DNA of 64,000 nt from positions 186,001-250,000 of IMG/VR virus record IMGVR_UViG_3300032675_000001, one strand, 5' to 3'. Below the pieces are notes generated by a model. That model did not search any database. It was not told where the DNA came from and was given only the letters and a program-made list of their open reading frames with translations. The position numbers and the translations under genes were made by a program. This document shows, piece after piece, positions 44,020 to 52,986 of the stretch. Numbering within the stretch: position 1 is the first letter of the stretch; every line of letters begins with the position of its first letter.

Positions 44020-44214
44020 ATGTACAAGAAAACTGCAAAAGCGACACAACGAAAAATGATGAAGACTGCAGAATATGCACCAAGTCTCGCTACTTTATAT
44101 GATAAACATGACAAATCACAGTGGTCCGCTAAAACCATTAACCGAGCGATTTCTTCTACAAAGAAAAGAAGGAAAAACTTTGGAAATTATATGTTTGGTA
44201 TGAAGTTCCGTTAA
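44020..44214 (+). CDS. Small basic hypothetical protein
   Basis: AGGAG RBS before ATG 44020. Confidence 0.55.
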   Translation: MYKKTAKATQRKMMKTAEYAPSLATLYDKHDKSQWSAKTINRAISSTKKRRKNFGNYMFGMKFR

Positions 44215-44334
44215 ACATCTATTACTTGAGAACATTGAGATTTAAACACACGCCCTCTTACCATGAATAAGAGACTAGCACATCAGAAATGTTTTCAAGT
44301 AACAGATGTATTATAAATATCACGCAGGATTCAT

Positions 44335-44408
44335 TGCCCCTTCGTCTAAAGGTAGGACAACAGATTTTGATTCTGTTTACGTTGGTTCGAGTCCAGCAGG
44401 GGCATCCA
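44335..44408 (+). tRNA. trnQ: tRNA-Gln(TTG)
   Basis: ACAGA-TTTTGAT-TCTGT; CCA end. Confidence 0.9.
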
Positions 44409-44425
44409 AACTCTTATAAAATAAT

Positions 44426-44500
44426 GCTGCTTTAGCTCAGTGGTAGAGCAACGCATTAGTAATGCGTAGGTCGTCAGTTCGAATCCGACAAGCAGCACCA
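44426..44500 (+). tRNA. trnT: tRNA-Thr(AGT)
   Basis: ACGCA-TTAGTAA-TGCGT. Confidence 0.9.
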
Positions 44501-44507
44501 GAAAAAT

Positions 44508-44584
44508 GGTCCCTTAGTTCAGTGGAATAGAGCGCCTGTCTTCGAAACAGGATGTCGGGAGTTCGAATCTCTCAGGGACTACCA
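44508..44584 (+). tRNA. trnR: tRNA-Arg(TCG)
   Basis: CCTGT-CTTCGAA-ACAGG. Confidence 0.9.
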
Positions 44585-44798
44585 GATTACCTTGTCCTGA
44601 CTGTGAAGAAGGAAACCCGTAACCCTTGATATCCGCAGTGTCCGCCAAGGATGAGTCGGAAGGGAAAAGTTGGAACAAAGCATTCGGGTCCAACAAGGTA
44701 TATAGTTTCGCCGGATTACTAAACAGCGGTTCCTAGGTCTGCCGTGGTGTTTACCGGTAGAGGTTCCCGATACCTCTATAAAAACAGGGAGAATTCAT

Positions 44799-44875
44799 GC
44801 AGCCATAGCTCAACTGGATAGAGCATCGGTCTACGAAACCGAAGGTTATAGGTTCAAAGCCTATTGGTTGCACCA
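44799..44875 (+). tRNA. trnR: tRNA-Arg(ACG)
   Basis: TCGGT-CTACGAA-ACCGA. Confidence 0.9.
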
Positions 44876-44882
44876 TTTTCAT

Positions 44883-44957
44883 TGACTAATAGTATAATGG
44901 TAATGCACTTCGCTGTTAACGAAGGTTATGTAGGTTCGAGTCCTACTTAGTCAGCCA
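44883..44957 (+). tRNA. trnN: tRNA-Asn(GTT)
   Basis: CTTCG-CTGTTAA-CGAAG. Confidence 0.88.
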
Positions 44958-45001
44958 TTTTAACACTTGACATTGTTTCACAATCTGATAGAGTAACACA
45001 C

Positions 45002-45424
45002 ATGAGCTATCATCTTTTTCTTGACGATGAACGTGTCCCCAGTCAGGTGACTTGGGTTGCGATTCCGGATGACGTTTATCACGTTGTGCGCAGCTACGAT
45101 GATTTTGTAGCTATGATTACTCAATGTGGTGTTCCATCATTCGTGACGTTTGACCATGACCTTGCTGATGTTCACTATCAGCATATGCTCAGAGATTGTC
45201 AGCAGAACAGTACTGGACAGTTGTTGTTCGCTGTTGCTGATCAAGTGTCTGATTACGACTATGGTCCAGAGAAGACCGGATACGATTGTGCTAAGTGGCT
45301 TGTTGATTATTGTGCAGACAATGGTGTCAAGTTTCCAGAATACACGGTTCATTCTATGAACCCTATCGGTGGCAAGCGTATCAAAGATTACGTTGAGAAT
45401 GCTAAAAAGCATCTTGACATTTAA
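45002..45424 (+). CDS. Cyclic-phosphate-processing receiver-like domain protein
   Basis: LFLDDER, FDHDL, TGYDCAKWL, HSMNP.G. Confidence 0.7.
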   Translation: MSYHLFLDDERVPSQVTWVAIPDDVYHVVRSYDDFVAMITQCGVPSFVTFDHDLADVHYQHMLRDCQQNSTGQLLFAVADQVSDYDYGPEKTGYDCAKWLVDYCADNGVKFPEYTVHSMNPIGGKRIKDYVENAKKHLDI

Positions 45425-45427
45425 TAT

Positions 45428-45503
45428 GGTGTTTGTAGCTCAGTGGTAGAGCGGCGGTTTGTGGTACCGCATGTCGCGGGTTCGATCCCCGTCTTACACC
45501 CCA
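45428..45503 (+). tRNA. trnH: tRNA-His(GTG) with G-1:C73
   Basis: GCGGT-TTGTGGT-ACCGC; two T-T mismatches in the acceptor stem. Confidence 0.85.
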
Positions 45504-45532
45504 GTTTACGTGCGTGAATGATAAATAGAGTT

Positions 45533-45754
45533 ATGGTAGACTTAACTTTCTTTAATCCGTATGGAAGAATGTTTGGGATTTCCCTTATCATTCTTGGCTT
45601 CTTTATCCTAGTAGCAGGTGCGCTGGGTGGCTTGGGTTTGTGGGTATACTATCTTGCAACTCATGGTCAGATTCCTCTTGCAATCCTAGTTACTGGATCA
45701 AGTTGCATTATCCTTGGATGGATCATCAAACTTATTTTTCGTTCACGTACTTAA
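45533..45754 (+). CDS. Small membrane protein
   Basis: Two hydrophobic helices; TAAATA upstream. Confidence 0.55.
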   Translation: MVDLTFFNPYGRMFGISLIILGFFILVAGALGGLGLWVYYLATHGQIPLAILVTGSSCIILGWIIKLIFRSRT

Positions 45755-45755
45755 C

Positions 45756-45830
45756 GCATCCTTAGCTCAGTGGTAGAGCATCTGCTCGACACGCAGAAGG
45801 TCGTTGGTTCGAAACCATCAGGATGCACCA
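45756..45830 (+). tRNA. trnV: tRNA-Val(GAC)
   Basis: TCTGC-TCGACAC-GCAGA (C33). Confidence 0.88.
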
Positions 45831-45836
45831 GTTTAT

Positions 45837-46145
45837 GGCGGCGAGTGACACCACTATTTGGTGCACCGTAATAGTGACGAATGAACGTTACCACTGCCCC
45901 ATTTTGAAATCTATGTTTTCGTCGCAATGTGACATAGATATTATTATGCCGGGTACGGGTCATCGCGTATGATGCGACGAACATACGGCTCCTCCCGGCT
46001 CCAGTTTTATGCGCCCATCGTGCTGGTTTTGACTTCCAAAATCAGAAACGGCAGAGAAAAATAAGTGGGCGCGCCAATCTTATGCCCTTGGCTTGTATGA
46101 CTTTGTGGAGATGATTACAGCAAGACGAAAATTACAAGGGCACCA
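45837..46145 (+). ncRNA. Four short acceptor-stem/CCA tRNA-like RNAs lacking D and T arms (45837-45901, 45948-46003, 46011-46076, 46084-46145)
   Basis: Each has a 6-7 bp terminal stem, an internal hairpin and a CCA end. Confidence 0.6.
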
Positions 46146-46162
46146 AACTTAAGGAGAATGAC

Positions 46163-46342
46163 ATGAAGCGTGACATTTATTTCGCCAAGCCTAGCCTGAT
46201 CGAGCGTTGCTGTCCCGGTCATGATACTTTTCCTACTGAAACCTATAATAGCCGCCGCAGCAAGAAGGCTCGTAGCCGCGATAAGAAGCTTGAACATCGC
46301 ATGGCTCGTCATCTGCTGAATCGTGCTATTGATACTGAATAA
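46163..46342 (+). CDS. Small basic hypothetical protein (59 aa)
   Basis: AAGGAG RBS; MKRDIYFAKPSLIERCCPGHD... Confidence 0.55.
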   Translation: MKRDIYFAKPSLIERCCPGHDTFPTETYNSRRSKKARSRDKKLEHRMARHLLNRAIDTE

Positions 46343-46344
46343 AT

Positions 46345-46434
46345 GGAGTCGTGACAGAGTGGCCGAATGTGACACCCTGGAAAGGTGTTGTACTCGCAAG
46401 GGTACCGTGGGTTCGAATCCCACCGACTCCGCCA
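46345..46434 (+). tRNA. trnS: tRNA-Ser(GGA)
   Basis: ACACC-CTGGAAA-GGTGT; long variable arm. Confidence 0.92.
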
Positions 46435-46440
46435 AAATTG

Positions 46441-46594
46441 TGCAGTTTAGAAAAACGTTATCGGTGGTGGAAGCGGCATACACATCTGTCTAGGGAAATA
46501 GCGTCACAATAGCCCCGACAACGGACTTCGCGTAGTAAGTGACTAGCTAATGCGATTGCGGGTTCGAGTCCCGCCCACCTAAACTGCATTACCA
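46441..46594 (+). ncRNA. Expanded tRNA-like RNA
   Basis: TGCAGTTTAG/CTAAACTGCA closing stem, D-like segment and perfect T arm GCGGG-TTCGAGT-CCCGC. Confidence 0.55.
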
Positions 46595-46598
46595 ATAA

Positions 46599-46677
46599 CG
46601 AGCATTAGGAAAGTCTGGTTTAATCCGCCTGGTTTGGGACCAGGAGATCGTAGGTTCGAATCCTACATGCTCGACCA
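46599..46677 (+). tRNA. trnP: tRNA-Pro(TGG)
   Basis: CCTGG-TTTGGGA-CCAGG. Confidence 0.9.
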
Positions 46678-46757
46678 GTTAGAAGTCATTATCGTTAAGC
46701 TCGGATGTACAGTAAACGATAATGGTTTCGCCTTCTAAAATGTGATATATATAAGAA

Positions 46758-48356
46758 ATGAAAGAACATGGTTTAATATTTGGCGGTATGATCAATATGG
46801 ATGAATCCATCCATCCTAATGATTTGTTTGGCATCAGCTACAGTTCTGTTCGCCGTCATGCCGGGTCACATAGAATTGCGTCTTTCTTGCGCAATCGCGG
46901 AATGGATATTGAAGTCATAGATTATGCACCATCTTGGAAGTTTGAAGAATTCAAAGAACTAATAAATTCTAGAGTTCATTCTAAGACTAGATTTGTCGGT
47001 CTTGGTTCAATTTTTAATATGAACACTGAAACGTTGTACAGATGTTTTCATTGGCTAAAGCAAACATATCCGGACATCTTGATTATTACTGGGGCAACTG
47101 AGTTCCATAATGTTCATTTCATTCCTGCTGATTATATGGTTGTTGGCTACGGAGAACTCGCCATTTTGGAAATCCTCAAAGGAACAGCAAAATGGAACGA
47201 AGAAGTCATTGACAAGAACGGCAATACTCGTAAAACCGTTCATGCATTACGCGATTATCCAGCGTATCCGATGAAAAATTTGTCAATAGATTATGAACAG
47301 CGAGATTTCTTGCAGCCATATGAAGCAGTAACCATGGAAACTAGCCGTGGATGTAGATTCAAATGTGCTTTTTGTACATATTCGGTTCTTGGAGTCAAAG
47401 AAGATCACACTAGGGATGCACAAGACTTTAAAGACAATCTGATTCGCAACTATGATAATTTTGGCATATATCGCTATTCAATTGCTGATGAAACTTTCAA
47501 TGATTACACTGACAAAATCATCAAGTATGCAGATGTAGTTGACGGTCTATCATTTAGTCCAAATTTTGGTGGATATATTAGAGCGGACCTCCTTCATGCT
47601 CGTCCAAACGATATTGAACATCTAGCTAGAATGAGATTTAATGGTCAATTCTATGGAGTTGAGTCATTTCATAGACCTAGTGCAAAGATGATTGGTAAAG
47701 GTATGGAACCAGAAAAAATCCAACAGGCGATTCTGGATACCAAAGAGTATTTCATGAAACATCTTGGATACTATAAAGGGACTATCAGTCTTATTGTTGG
47801 CTTACCCAATGAGACTGAGGATACCTTACTGGAAACTAAAAAGTGGTGTGATGATAATTGGCAAACACAGCATGTTGCGTATACACCATTATTCATTACT
47901 ACTGACCACAACAATGTTAAACAGAGTACACTCACTGCAACATATAAAAAGCAGGGGTATACACTGGTAACACCTGATGATATAAAGCTAGATGAATCTC
48001 ATCCCGATTTAAAACTTATATTTTCTAGTAATTCTGTACCAACTGAAATAAAGAATTATATAAGAGTTTTCTTGAGAAATCTTGGTCCAACAGTTCTTTT
48101 TCATCATTGGAAAAGTAACACCGGAATGACTGAGCGAGACGCATTGCTTTGGATTTCAAAAAATGTATGGGGCACAGAAGATTACTTAAGATTCGGTGTA
48201 GACCACTGGCGCATGGATGAATGGTATATTGCAGGTAAGACTGATCAAGAAATGCTAGGATCATACCATGATTTAGGTGGAATACGTCCACCATCGCAAG
48301 TCAGAGTTGACTTCATTGAAGATTATAAGACTAAGAAACTCAACTACGTTTCTTAA
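46758..48356 (+). CDS. Radical SAM protein (B12-binding/class B-like architecture)
   Basis: ETSRGCRFKCAFC, ADETFN, YIRADL, GVESF, IVGLP.ET. Confidence 0.88.
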   Translation: MKEHGLIFGGMINMDESIHPNDLFGISYSSVRRHAGSHRIASFLRNRGMDIEVIDYAPSWKFEEFKELINSRVHSKTRFVGLGSIFNMNTETLYRCFHWLKQTYPDILIITGATEFHNVHFIPADYMVVGYGELAILEILKGTAKWNEEVIDKNGNTRKTVHALRDYPAYPMKNLSIDYEQRDFLQPYEAVTMETSRGCRFKCAFCTYSVLGVKEDHTRDAQDFKDNLIRNYDNFGIYRYSIADETFNDYTDKIIKYADVVDGLSFSPNFGGYIRADLLHARPNDIEHLARMRFNGQFYGVESFHRPSAKMIGKGMEPEKIQQAILDTKEYFMKHLGYYKGTISLIVGLPNETEDTLLETKKWCDDNWQTQHVAYTPLFITTDHNNVKQSTLTATYKKQGYTLVTPDDIKLDESHPDLKLIFSSNSVPTEIKNYIRVFLRNLGPTVLFHHWKSNTGMTERDALLWISKNVWGTEDYLRFGVDHWRMDEWYIAGKTDQEMLGSYHDLGGIRPPSQVRVDFIEDYKTKKLNYVS

Positions 48357-48364
48357 AATACTAT

Positions 48365-48450
48365 GGAGTGTGCTGAGGTTGGCTCCTCGCACTGTCTCGA
48401 AAACAGTAGGTACTGCAAGGTACATAGTTCGATGCTATCACACTCCGCCA
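48365..48450 (+). tRNA. trnS: tRNA-Ser(CGA), atypical 8/4 fold
   Basis: GGAGTGTG/CACACTCC 8-bp acceptor; ATAG/CTAT 4-bp T stem; ACTGT-CTCGAAA-ACAGT. Confidence 0.8.
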
Positions 48451-48533
48451 GAGGTTTAGAGCATTGTGGGTATGGCTGTAATTTTTCCGCCGATGTGGAT
48501 CGTGACTGGACAAACCCTCCGATAAAGATTTTT

Positions 48534-48606
48534 GGGGCCGCTAGTGGGTCTAGCGGTTGGGCTGGCAGTCCGACTTGCGAGAGTTCAATTCTCTCCGGCT
48601 CCACCA
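48534..48606 (+). tRNA. trnA: tRNA-Ala(GGC), atypical D arm
   Basis: GGGGCCG/CGGCTCC (G3:U70) plus ACCA; loop CTGGCAG. Confidence 0.75.
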
Positions 48607-48615
48607 AATATTTTT

Positions 48616-48703
48616 AAAAATAGTTCTTGACATTATCTGAACTACACGCTATTGTGAGTTCATAGAGAGCGACGAAAGAAACTCTCTGTTCTTTGACATT
48701 GTT
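48616..48703 (+). promoter_or_regulatory. rrn-like promoter with boxB hairpin and boxA
   Basis: AAAATAGTTCTTGACA...GCTATTGT; AGAGAG/CTCTCT hairpin; GTTCTTTGACATTGTT. Confidence 0.7.
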
Positions 48704-48936
48704 GAATGAATAAAATCTATCGGGTGGTCAAGCTAAGGGCGTGAGCGTGGCACTGGCAAGACCTGAAATAGAGTAGCGGACCCTCCCTAGCACCGTGACT
48801 CTTCCCTACGATAGACTGTTTAGATGAACCCTGTTGACGTAATTGTGCAGTGGTAGCTCGTCCGTTAATTCGGTGGTCCTAGCGCAGGTTCGAATCCTGT
48901 ACGAAGGGTACGACTTTATATAAAGAAAGGAAGATC

Positions 48937-49176
48937 ATGTTCTATGAAAAGTGTGCCGAGTTACTCGGTGCGACATATGAATGTGAATCTTTCCCTTATC
49001 GCTATCGTACTCGCTGGAACAATCGTTCTCCGGGCAACGGTAGGTTTGAGGGCTTTGGAATAATCAGAAAGTTTGGTGATAACTATCAAGTGGCGTTAAC
49101 TCGTCCGATATCGCATCATGCTATCTATCATTCCGAAGAAGAAGTATTCGCATTCCTGAGAAGTTTATCTCAATGA
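48937..49176 (+). CDS. Hypothetical protein
   Basis: AAGGA RBS; TRWNNR.PGNGR motif. Confidence 0.6.
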   Translation: MFYEKCAELLGATYECESFPYRYRTRWNNRSPGNGRFEGFGIIRKFGDNYQVALTRPISHHAIYHSEEEVFAFLRSLSQ

Positions 49177-49267
49177 TAGACTTATTAGATGAACACTGTT
49201 AGTCTGATAAACTCATAGAGCTAGAAGGGCGACAGCAAGAGAAACAGTGTTCTTCTAATAAGTTTAT

Positions 49268-49343
49268 GCTTCTGTAGCTCAGTTGGTAGAGCACCAGACT
49301 GAAAATCTGGGTGTCGCCGGTTCAATCCCGGCTGGAAGCACCA
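49268..49343 (+). tRNA. trnF: tRNA-Phe(GAA)
   Basis: CCAGA-CTGAAAA-TCTGG. Confidence 0.93.
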
Positions 49344-49365
49344 GAATTAAAACCAAATAGTTAAT

Positions 49366-49450
49366 GCGGGTATGGTGTAATTGGTAGCCACGGCAGACTT
49401 AGAATCTGTTGCTTTATCGCGTGGGGGTTCAAGTCCCTCTACCCGCACCA
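49366..49450 (+). tRNA. trnL: tRNA-Leu(TAG)
   Basis: GCAGA-CTTAGAA-TCTGT. Confidence 0.92.
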
Positions 49451-49656
49451 AGTTTTGCTCAAGTGTGATTAGCTTGAGAACAGAGTAGACGATTCATGTC
49501 GGGCAAGGCAACTCTTATCAAGTTGTTAGTTGTGGCACAGGATGGGGACGGTCTCTATAAAAACGTGTATCCAGCTATTCATGTTGAGTGAGAAATACTC
49601 GGAAGATCGCTACGGTGCCCGATCACTTGACTAAATACTCTCAACAGGAGAGTAAA

Positions 49657-49830
49657 ATGGACCCAGAACTGCAAGCACAGATTAAAGATTATCTAGCAAA
49701 CAATCTGTCAATGACATTTGGTATTAGTCAAGACCCATATGGTCTATGGCAAGATCAGATAACGATCAACTTATGCCTTGAAGGTGAAGTGATCAATACT
49801 ATTGTCATGTATGACTGGAGTAATAACTAA
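49657..49830 (+). CDS. Small hypothetical protein
   Basis: TAAATA and AGGAG upstream. Confidence 0.55.
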   Translation: MDPELQAQIKDYLANNLSMTFGISQDPYGLWQDQITINLCLEGEVINTIVMYDWSNN

Positions 49831-49836
49831 GTAAAT

Positions 49837-49922
49837 GCCCCGATGGTGGAATCGGTAGACGCGGGAGACTCAAAATCTCTTGCCCAAAAGGCGTGGGGGT
49901 TCAAGTCCCTCTCGGGGCACCA
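49837..49922 (+). tRNA. trnL: tRNA-Leu(CAA)
   Basis: GGAGA-CTCAAAA-TCTCT. Confidence 0.92.
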
Positions 49923-49923
49923 T

Positions 49924-50400
49924 TTAACTTTTTGGACCAGTAAATTTGATATAGCGTTTTTCGCCAGTTTCAAAGTTTACAAGCCTGTCAAGTAGGTGAC
50001 CGCCTTCTTCGTAGTCACCATTTGGGTCTTCTCTTCGAAGATACACTATAGGTGTGTAAAATCCATCTTCTGTAGGTAAAAAGTATGCTGGACCAAAATT
50101 AAATTCTTGACGTATATGGGCAGAATGAGCACTTTCTTGTCCTGTCTTAGATCGTGTCACTCCATGTCTAATAACTTTGTAAATTCCGCCTTTTGGTAAA
50201 CGAATTCTACTGCCAATCGGAAGATCATCAAACAGACCTTGCTCATTCATTGCTGATAATGCAGATTGAGAACCACTTACACCATTCTGGACTTTATTCA
50301 TAAGTTCTTTATGGAATCCACGTAGTTCTTTGTCTTTTTTTGCAGAATCAAAATCAACAACATTTGATTCTATTATGTTAATAAGGTCTCTCATATTCAT
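49924..50400 (-). CDS. Hypothetical protein, possible internal virion protein
   Basis: N-terminal MRDLINIIES. Confidence 0.65.
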   Translation of the reverse strand: MNMRDLINIIESNVVDFDSAKKDKELRGFHKELMNKVQNGVSGSQSALSAMNEQGLFDDLPIGSRIRLPKGGIYKVIRHGVTRSKTGQESAHSAHIRQEFNFGPAYFLPTEDGFYTPIVYLRREDPNGDYEEGGHLLDRLVNFETGEKRYIKFTGPKS

Positions 50401-50420
50401 TTGATGATTCCGTTTATAGT

Positions 50421-50999
50421 TTATAGGCCAGCTTCCGCTTTAAGAGCGTTGAGTTTCTGGTCATAACTCTTAGCCCAAGAATAAACGGCCTTCTTTAGGC
50501 GGGCAAAAATGCTTCCAACGGCTTCGTTTATGGGCTTAACTGTCAAGGCTGGTGCTTTCTGTGTTTTTGTGACCATTTCTTCTTGACTCTTGATGCCCTC
50601 TAACACTTTGATAAGTTCAGGTGTAAGATGCTTTTCAAGTTCTTCAAGAATGTTCTTATACTTTGGAGCCTCGGTAACTTTAGGGTCTTTGGTAAGATTG
50701 AAAATGAAACTGACTGTTTCAATGACACGAGTACGAGCAGCATCTGCAGCATCAAAAAGATCAGCAACGTCTTCTCTAGTGTGTTGCTTGATTTCATCTT
50801 TTAGTTGCTTCATTTCTTCTGTGAGTTCTTCCATTCGCTGTAGCTTCTGAGCAAGCTTAGTGTATGTTTGGCTCTTATAGCTGCGAAGTCTTGCGATGAC
50901 TTTGGTCCCCTTGGGATCATCTTCGTATTCAATATCCGGGTTGTCTGTAATTCTGCCTTCGCAGATCATCATGAGTTTTTTAAAGCTGTCAATATCCAT
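50421..50999 (-). CDS. Hypothetical coiled-coil protein, possible internal virion protein
   Basis: Minus-strand TAAATA near 51028; FKKLMMICEG N-terminus. Confidence 0.65.
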   Translation of the reverse strand: MDIDSFKKLMMICEGRITDNPDIEYEDDPKGTKVIARLRSYKSQTYTKLAQKLQRMEELTEEMKQLKDEIKQHTREDVADLFDAADAARTRVIETVSFIFNLTKDPKVTEAPKYKNILEELEKHLTPELIKVLEGIKSQEEMVTKTQKAPALTVKPINEAVGSIFARLKKAVYSWAKSYDQKLNALKAEAGL

Positions 51000-51217
51000 G
51001 GGAAGTTACCTTGTTAATATGGTATTTATCTCATATAGTTTTGTAGTGGGTGTTAGTAAGGTGAAATCTCAGCGTAGGCATACGTTGAAAAAGGATGGCG
51101 TATCCTGAAAGTAATCTGCAATAACGTACCCAAAGGACGTAAGTCCACAGGCGGAGGCGCTGATAAATTCCGCATAATGCTTCCTATGTTGTGGAGGAAG
51201 GCCCGCTACAATTTTTT

Positions 51218-51293
51218 GCTCTATAAGCATTGCTGGCGATGCGCCGGATTCGTAACCCGGAGATAACAGGTTCGATTCCTGTATAGAGCACCA
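51218..51293 (+). tRNA. trnT: tRNA-Thr(CGT)
   Basis: CCGGA-TTCGTAA-CCCGG. Confidence 0.87.
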
Positions 51294-51294
51294 T

Positions 51295-51387
51295 GCACCC
51301 GTAGCTCAATGGTAGAGCGGTGAGCTTATACCTCATGATCGGCAGATTACCGAACGGTTGGCGGTTCGAGTCCGTCCGGGTGCACCA
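51295..51387 (+). tRNA. trnI: tRNA with TAT (Ile) anticodon and long variable arm
   Basis: GTGAG-CTTATAC-CTCAT; variable arm TCGG/CCGA. Confidence 0.8.
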
Positions 51388-51394
51388 ATTTAAT

Positions 51395-51480
51395 GCCCAG
51401 GTGGTGGAATGGTAGACACGCAACGTTGAGGTCGTTGTGGACGAAAGTCCGTGAAAGTTCGAGTCTTTTCTTGGGCACCA
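51395..51480 (+). tRNA. trnL: tRNA-Leu(GAG)
   Basis: CAACG-TTGAGGT-CGTTG. Confidence 0.92.
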
Positions 51481-51497
51481 GATTTAGGAATATAGTT

Positions 51498-52328
51498 ATG
51501 GATACTATTGTGGCAATTTTAACATCTGGAAAGTTGGATAAGCTGGAGAGATGTATTCAGAGTGTATTGGGACAAACAAAAAACATCGTAGTGATCATTA
51601 ATACTTTAGATGAAGAATATATCCCACATGCACAACGCCTTTCATCATTGATGGGAATACCATCAATTGTTACTCCATCTAATGGAAAACCGGGAAAAGG
51701 AAAAAACTCGCTGATTGAGTACTTTCTGACTACTGAGTTCACTCATGTTATTCCAGTAGATGGCGATGATTATTTGATGCCAAACGCAGTATCCATACTG
51801 GAACATGTTGCAAACAGAGAATCAGCAGATGTGATAGGTCTTATTGATGCCCTTGCTCTTTTAGATGGTTCACATCTTATGGTAGAGGATTGGCTACACA
51901 CTGATGTTTATCTAAACAGAACAATCAGCAGCATAAACGAAAAAGATTTCAAAAAGTTCAATCTTCACATTGAAAAGATACGCCGGGTATCTACTGAGCA
52001 TGGAAACTTTTTTAACCGATTAGTGCTTCTTTCTAAAGCTGCCGCCTCTCTCATTGACTATGAAGAAGAAATGGGTGGCGCAGAAGATGTCAAGCAAAGC
52101 CTCTTGCTCAAACTTGCACATAATAGTCAAATCATCCGGTATGTGTTGTTGAGCAGTAAAAACGTATATGTTCATGATGTCAGCGATACTGGCGTGTTCT
52201 TTAATGTTTTGTGCAAATGTGATCCAGATAAAGAGAAGTATTTTTTCTGGAAAGACCTTCCAAGAGAACAAATAAATACACTCAAGTCTTTTGAACTGGA
52301 GTGTGTGTATGAGCAAGATGGAATTTAA
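51498..52328 (+). CDS. Glycosyltransferase family 2-like protein
   Basis: LERCIQSVL, NG.PGKGKN, VDGDD, ED. Confidence 0.75.
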   Translation: MDTIVAILTSGKLDKLERCIQSVLGQTKNIVVIINTLDEEYIPHAQRLSSLMGIPSIVTPSNGKPGKGKNSLIEYFLTTEFTHVIPVDGDDYLMPNAVSILEHVANRESADVIGLIDALALLDGSHLMVEDWLHTDVYLNRTISSINEKDFKKFNLHIEKIRRVSTEHGNFFNRLVLLSKAAASLIDYEEEMGGAEDVKQSLLLKLAHNSQIIRYVLLSSKNVYVHDVSDTGVFFNVLCKCDPDKEKYFFWKDLPREQINTLKSFELECVYEQDGI

Positions 52329-52986
52329 TATTGATTGGTTGGATGGATGGTCTAACTTTAAAAAAATGTTCAAAGACCCGTCCTCTACCAAGCACATACT
52401 TGCTTTGGCAAAAGCGATGAATGGTCCCGCTCTGAAAAGATCGTATAGTAGGCTTCTTGAAACCGAAGAGGGAACAAACATTGCAACGTCTTTTCCGGAA
52501 ATAGCCGATCTTTATGAACATCTGGTTGATTGCCAAAGTGGAACAGTTGGAAATGCTATATTGAGCAATCAAAACTCAATTGAAGTATTGATTCGTCTCA
52601 GTCGGCTAGGAACACGCAACAGAAGTTGGATCAACAGAAAACATCCATACATATGGATGGCCAGAAGATTCAGAGACACTCATGACATTTGGCATGTTTT
52701 AACCGGGTACGATATGGACTTTTTTGGAGAAATCTGCTTAGCGGCATTTAGTTATGGGCAGACCAAAGCATATCAGTGGGGACTAATATGTGTTATGGGA
52801 GTCTGGAAACTTAAGACATCTCCAAAAAAACTCTTGGCAGTCTATGAAGCTTATCGTCGCGGTAGAAAATGCTCATGGTTGCTGGCAGAAAACTACGAGC
52901 ATGTCCTCAAAGAAAACCTAGATGATTGTAGAAAAAGATTGAACATATTCACTGCAAAACGTTATGATAAAATTACAAAAAATTGA
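52309..52986 (+). CDS. coq4: Coq4-family protein
   Basis: RFRDTHDIWHVLTGY...GEICLAAFSYGQ; C-terminal L.E.L...R..L.I. Confidence 0.8.
   Translation: MSKMEFNIDWLDGWSNFKKMFKDPSSTKHILALAKAMNGPALKRSYSRLLETEEGTNIATSFPEIADLYEHLVDCQSGTVGNAILSNQNSIEVLIRLSRLGTRNRSWINRKHPYIWMARRFRDTHDIWHVLTGYDMDFFGEICLAAFSYGQTKAYQWGLICVMGVWKLKTSPKKLLAVYEAYRRGRKCSWLLAENYEHVLKENLDDCRKRLNIFTAKRYDKITKN

Noticed and set aside
48534-48606. tmRNA
   Set aside because: It has Ala-type ends but is only 73 nt, with a GGC anticodon arm and no tag reading frame.
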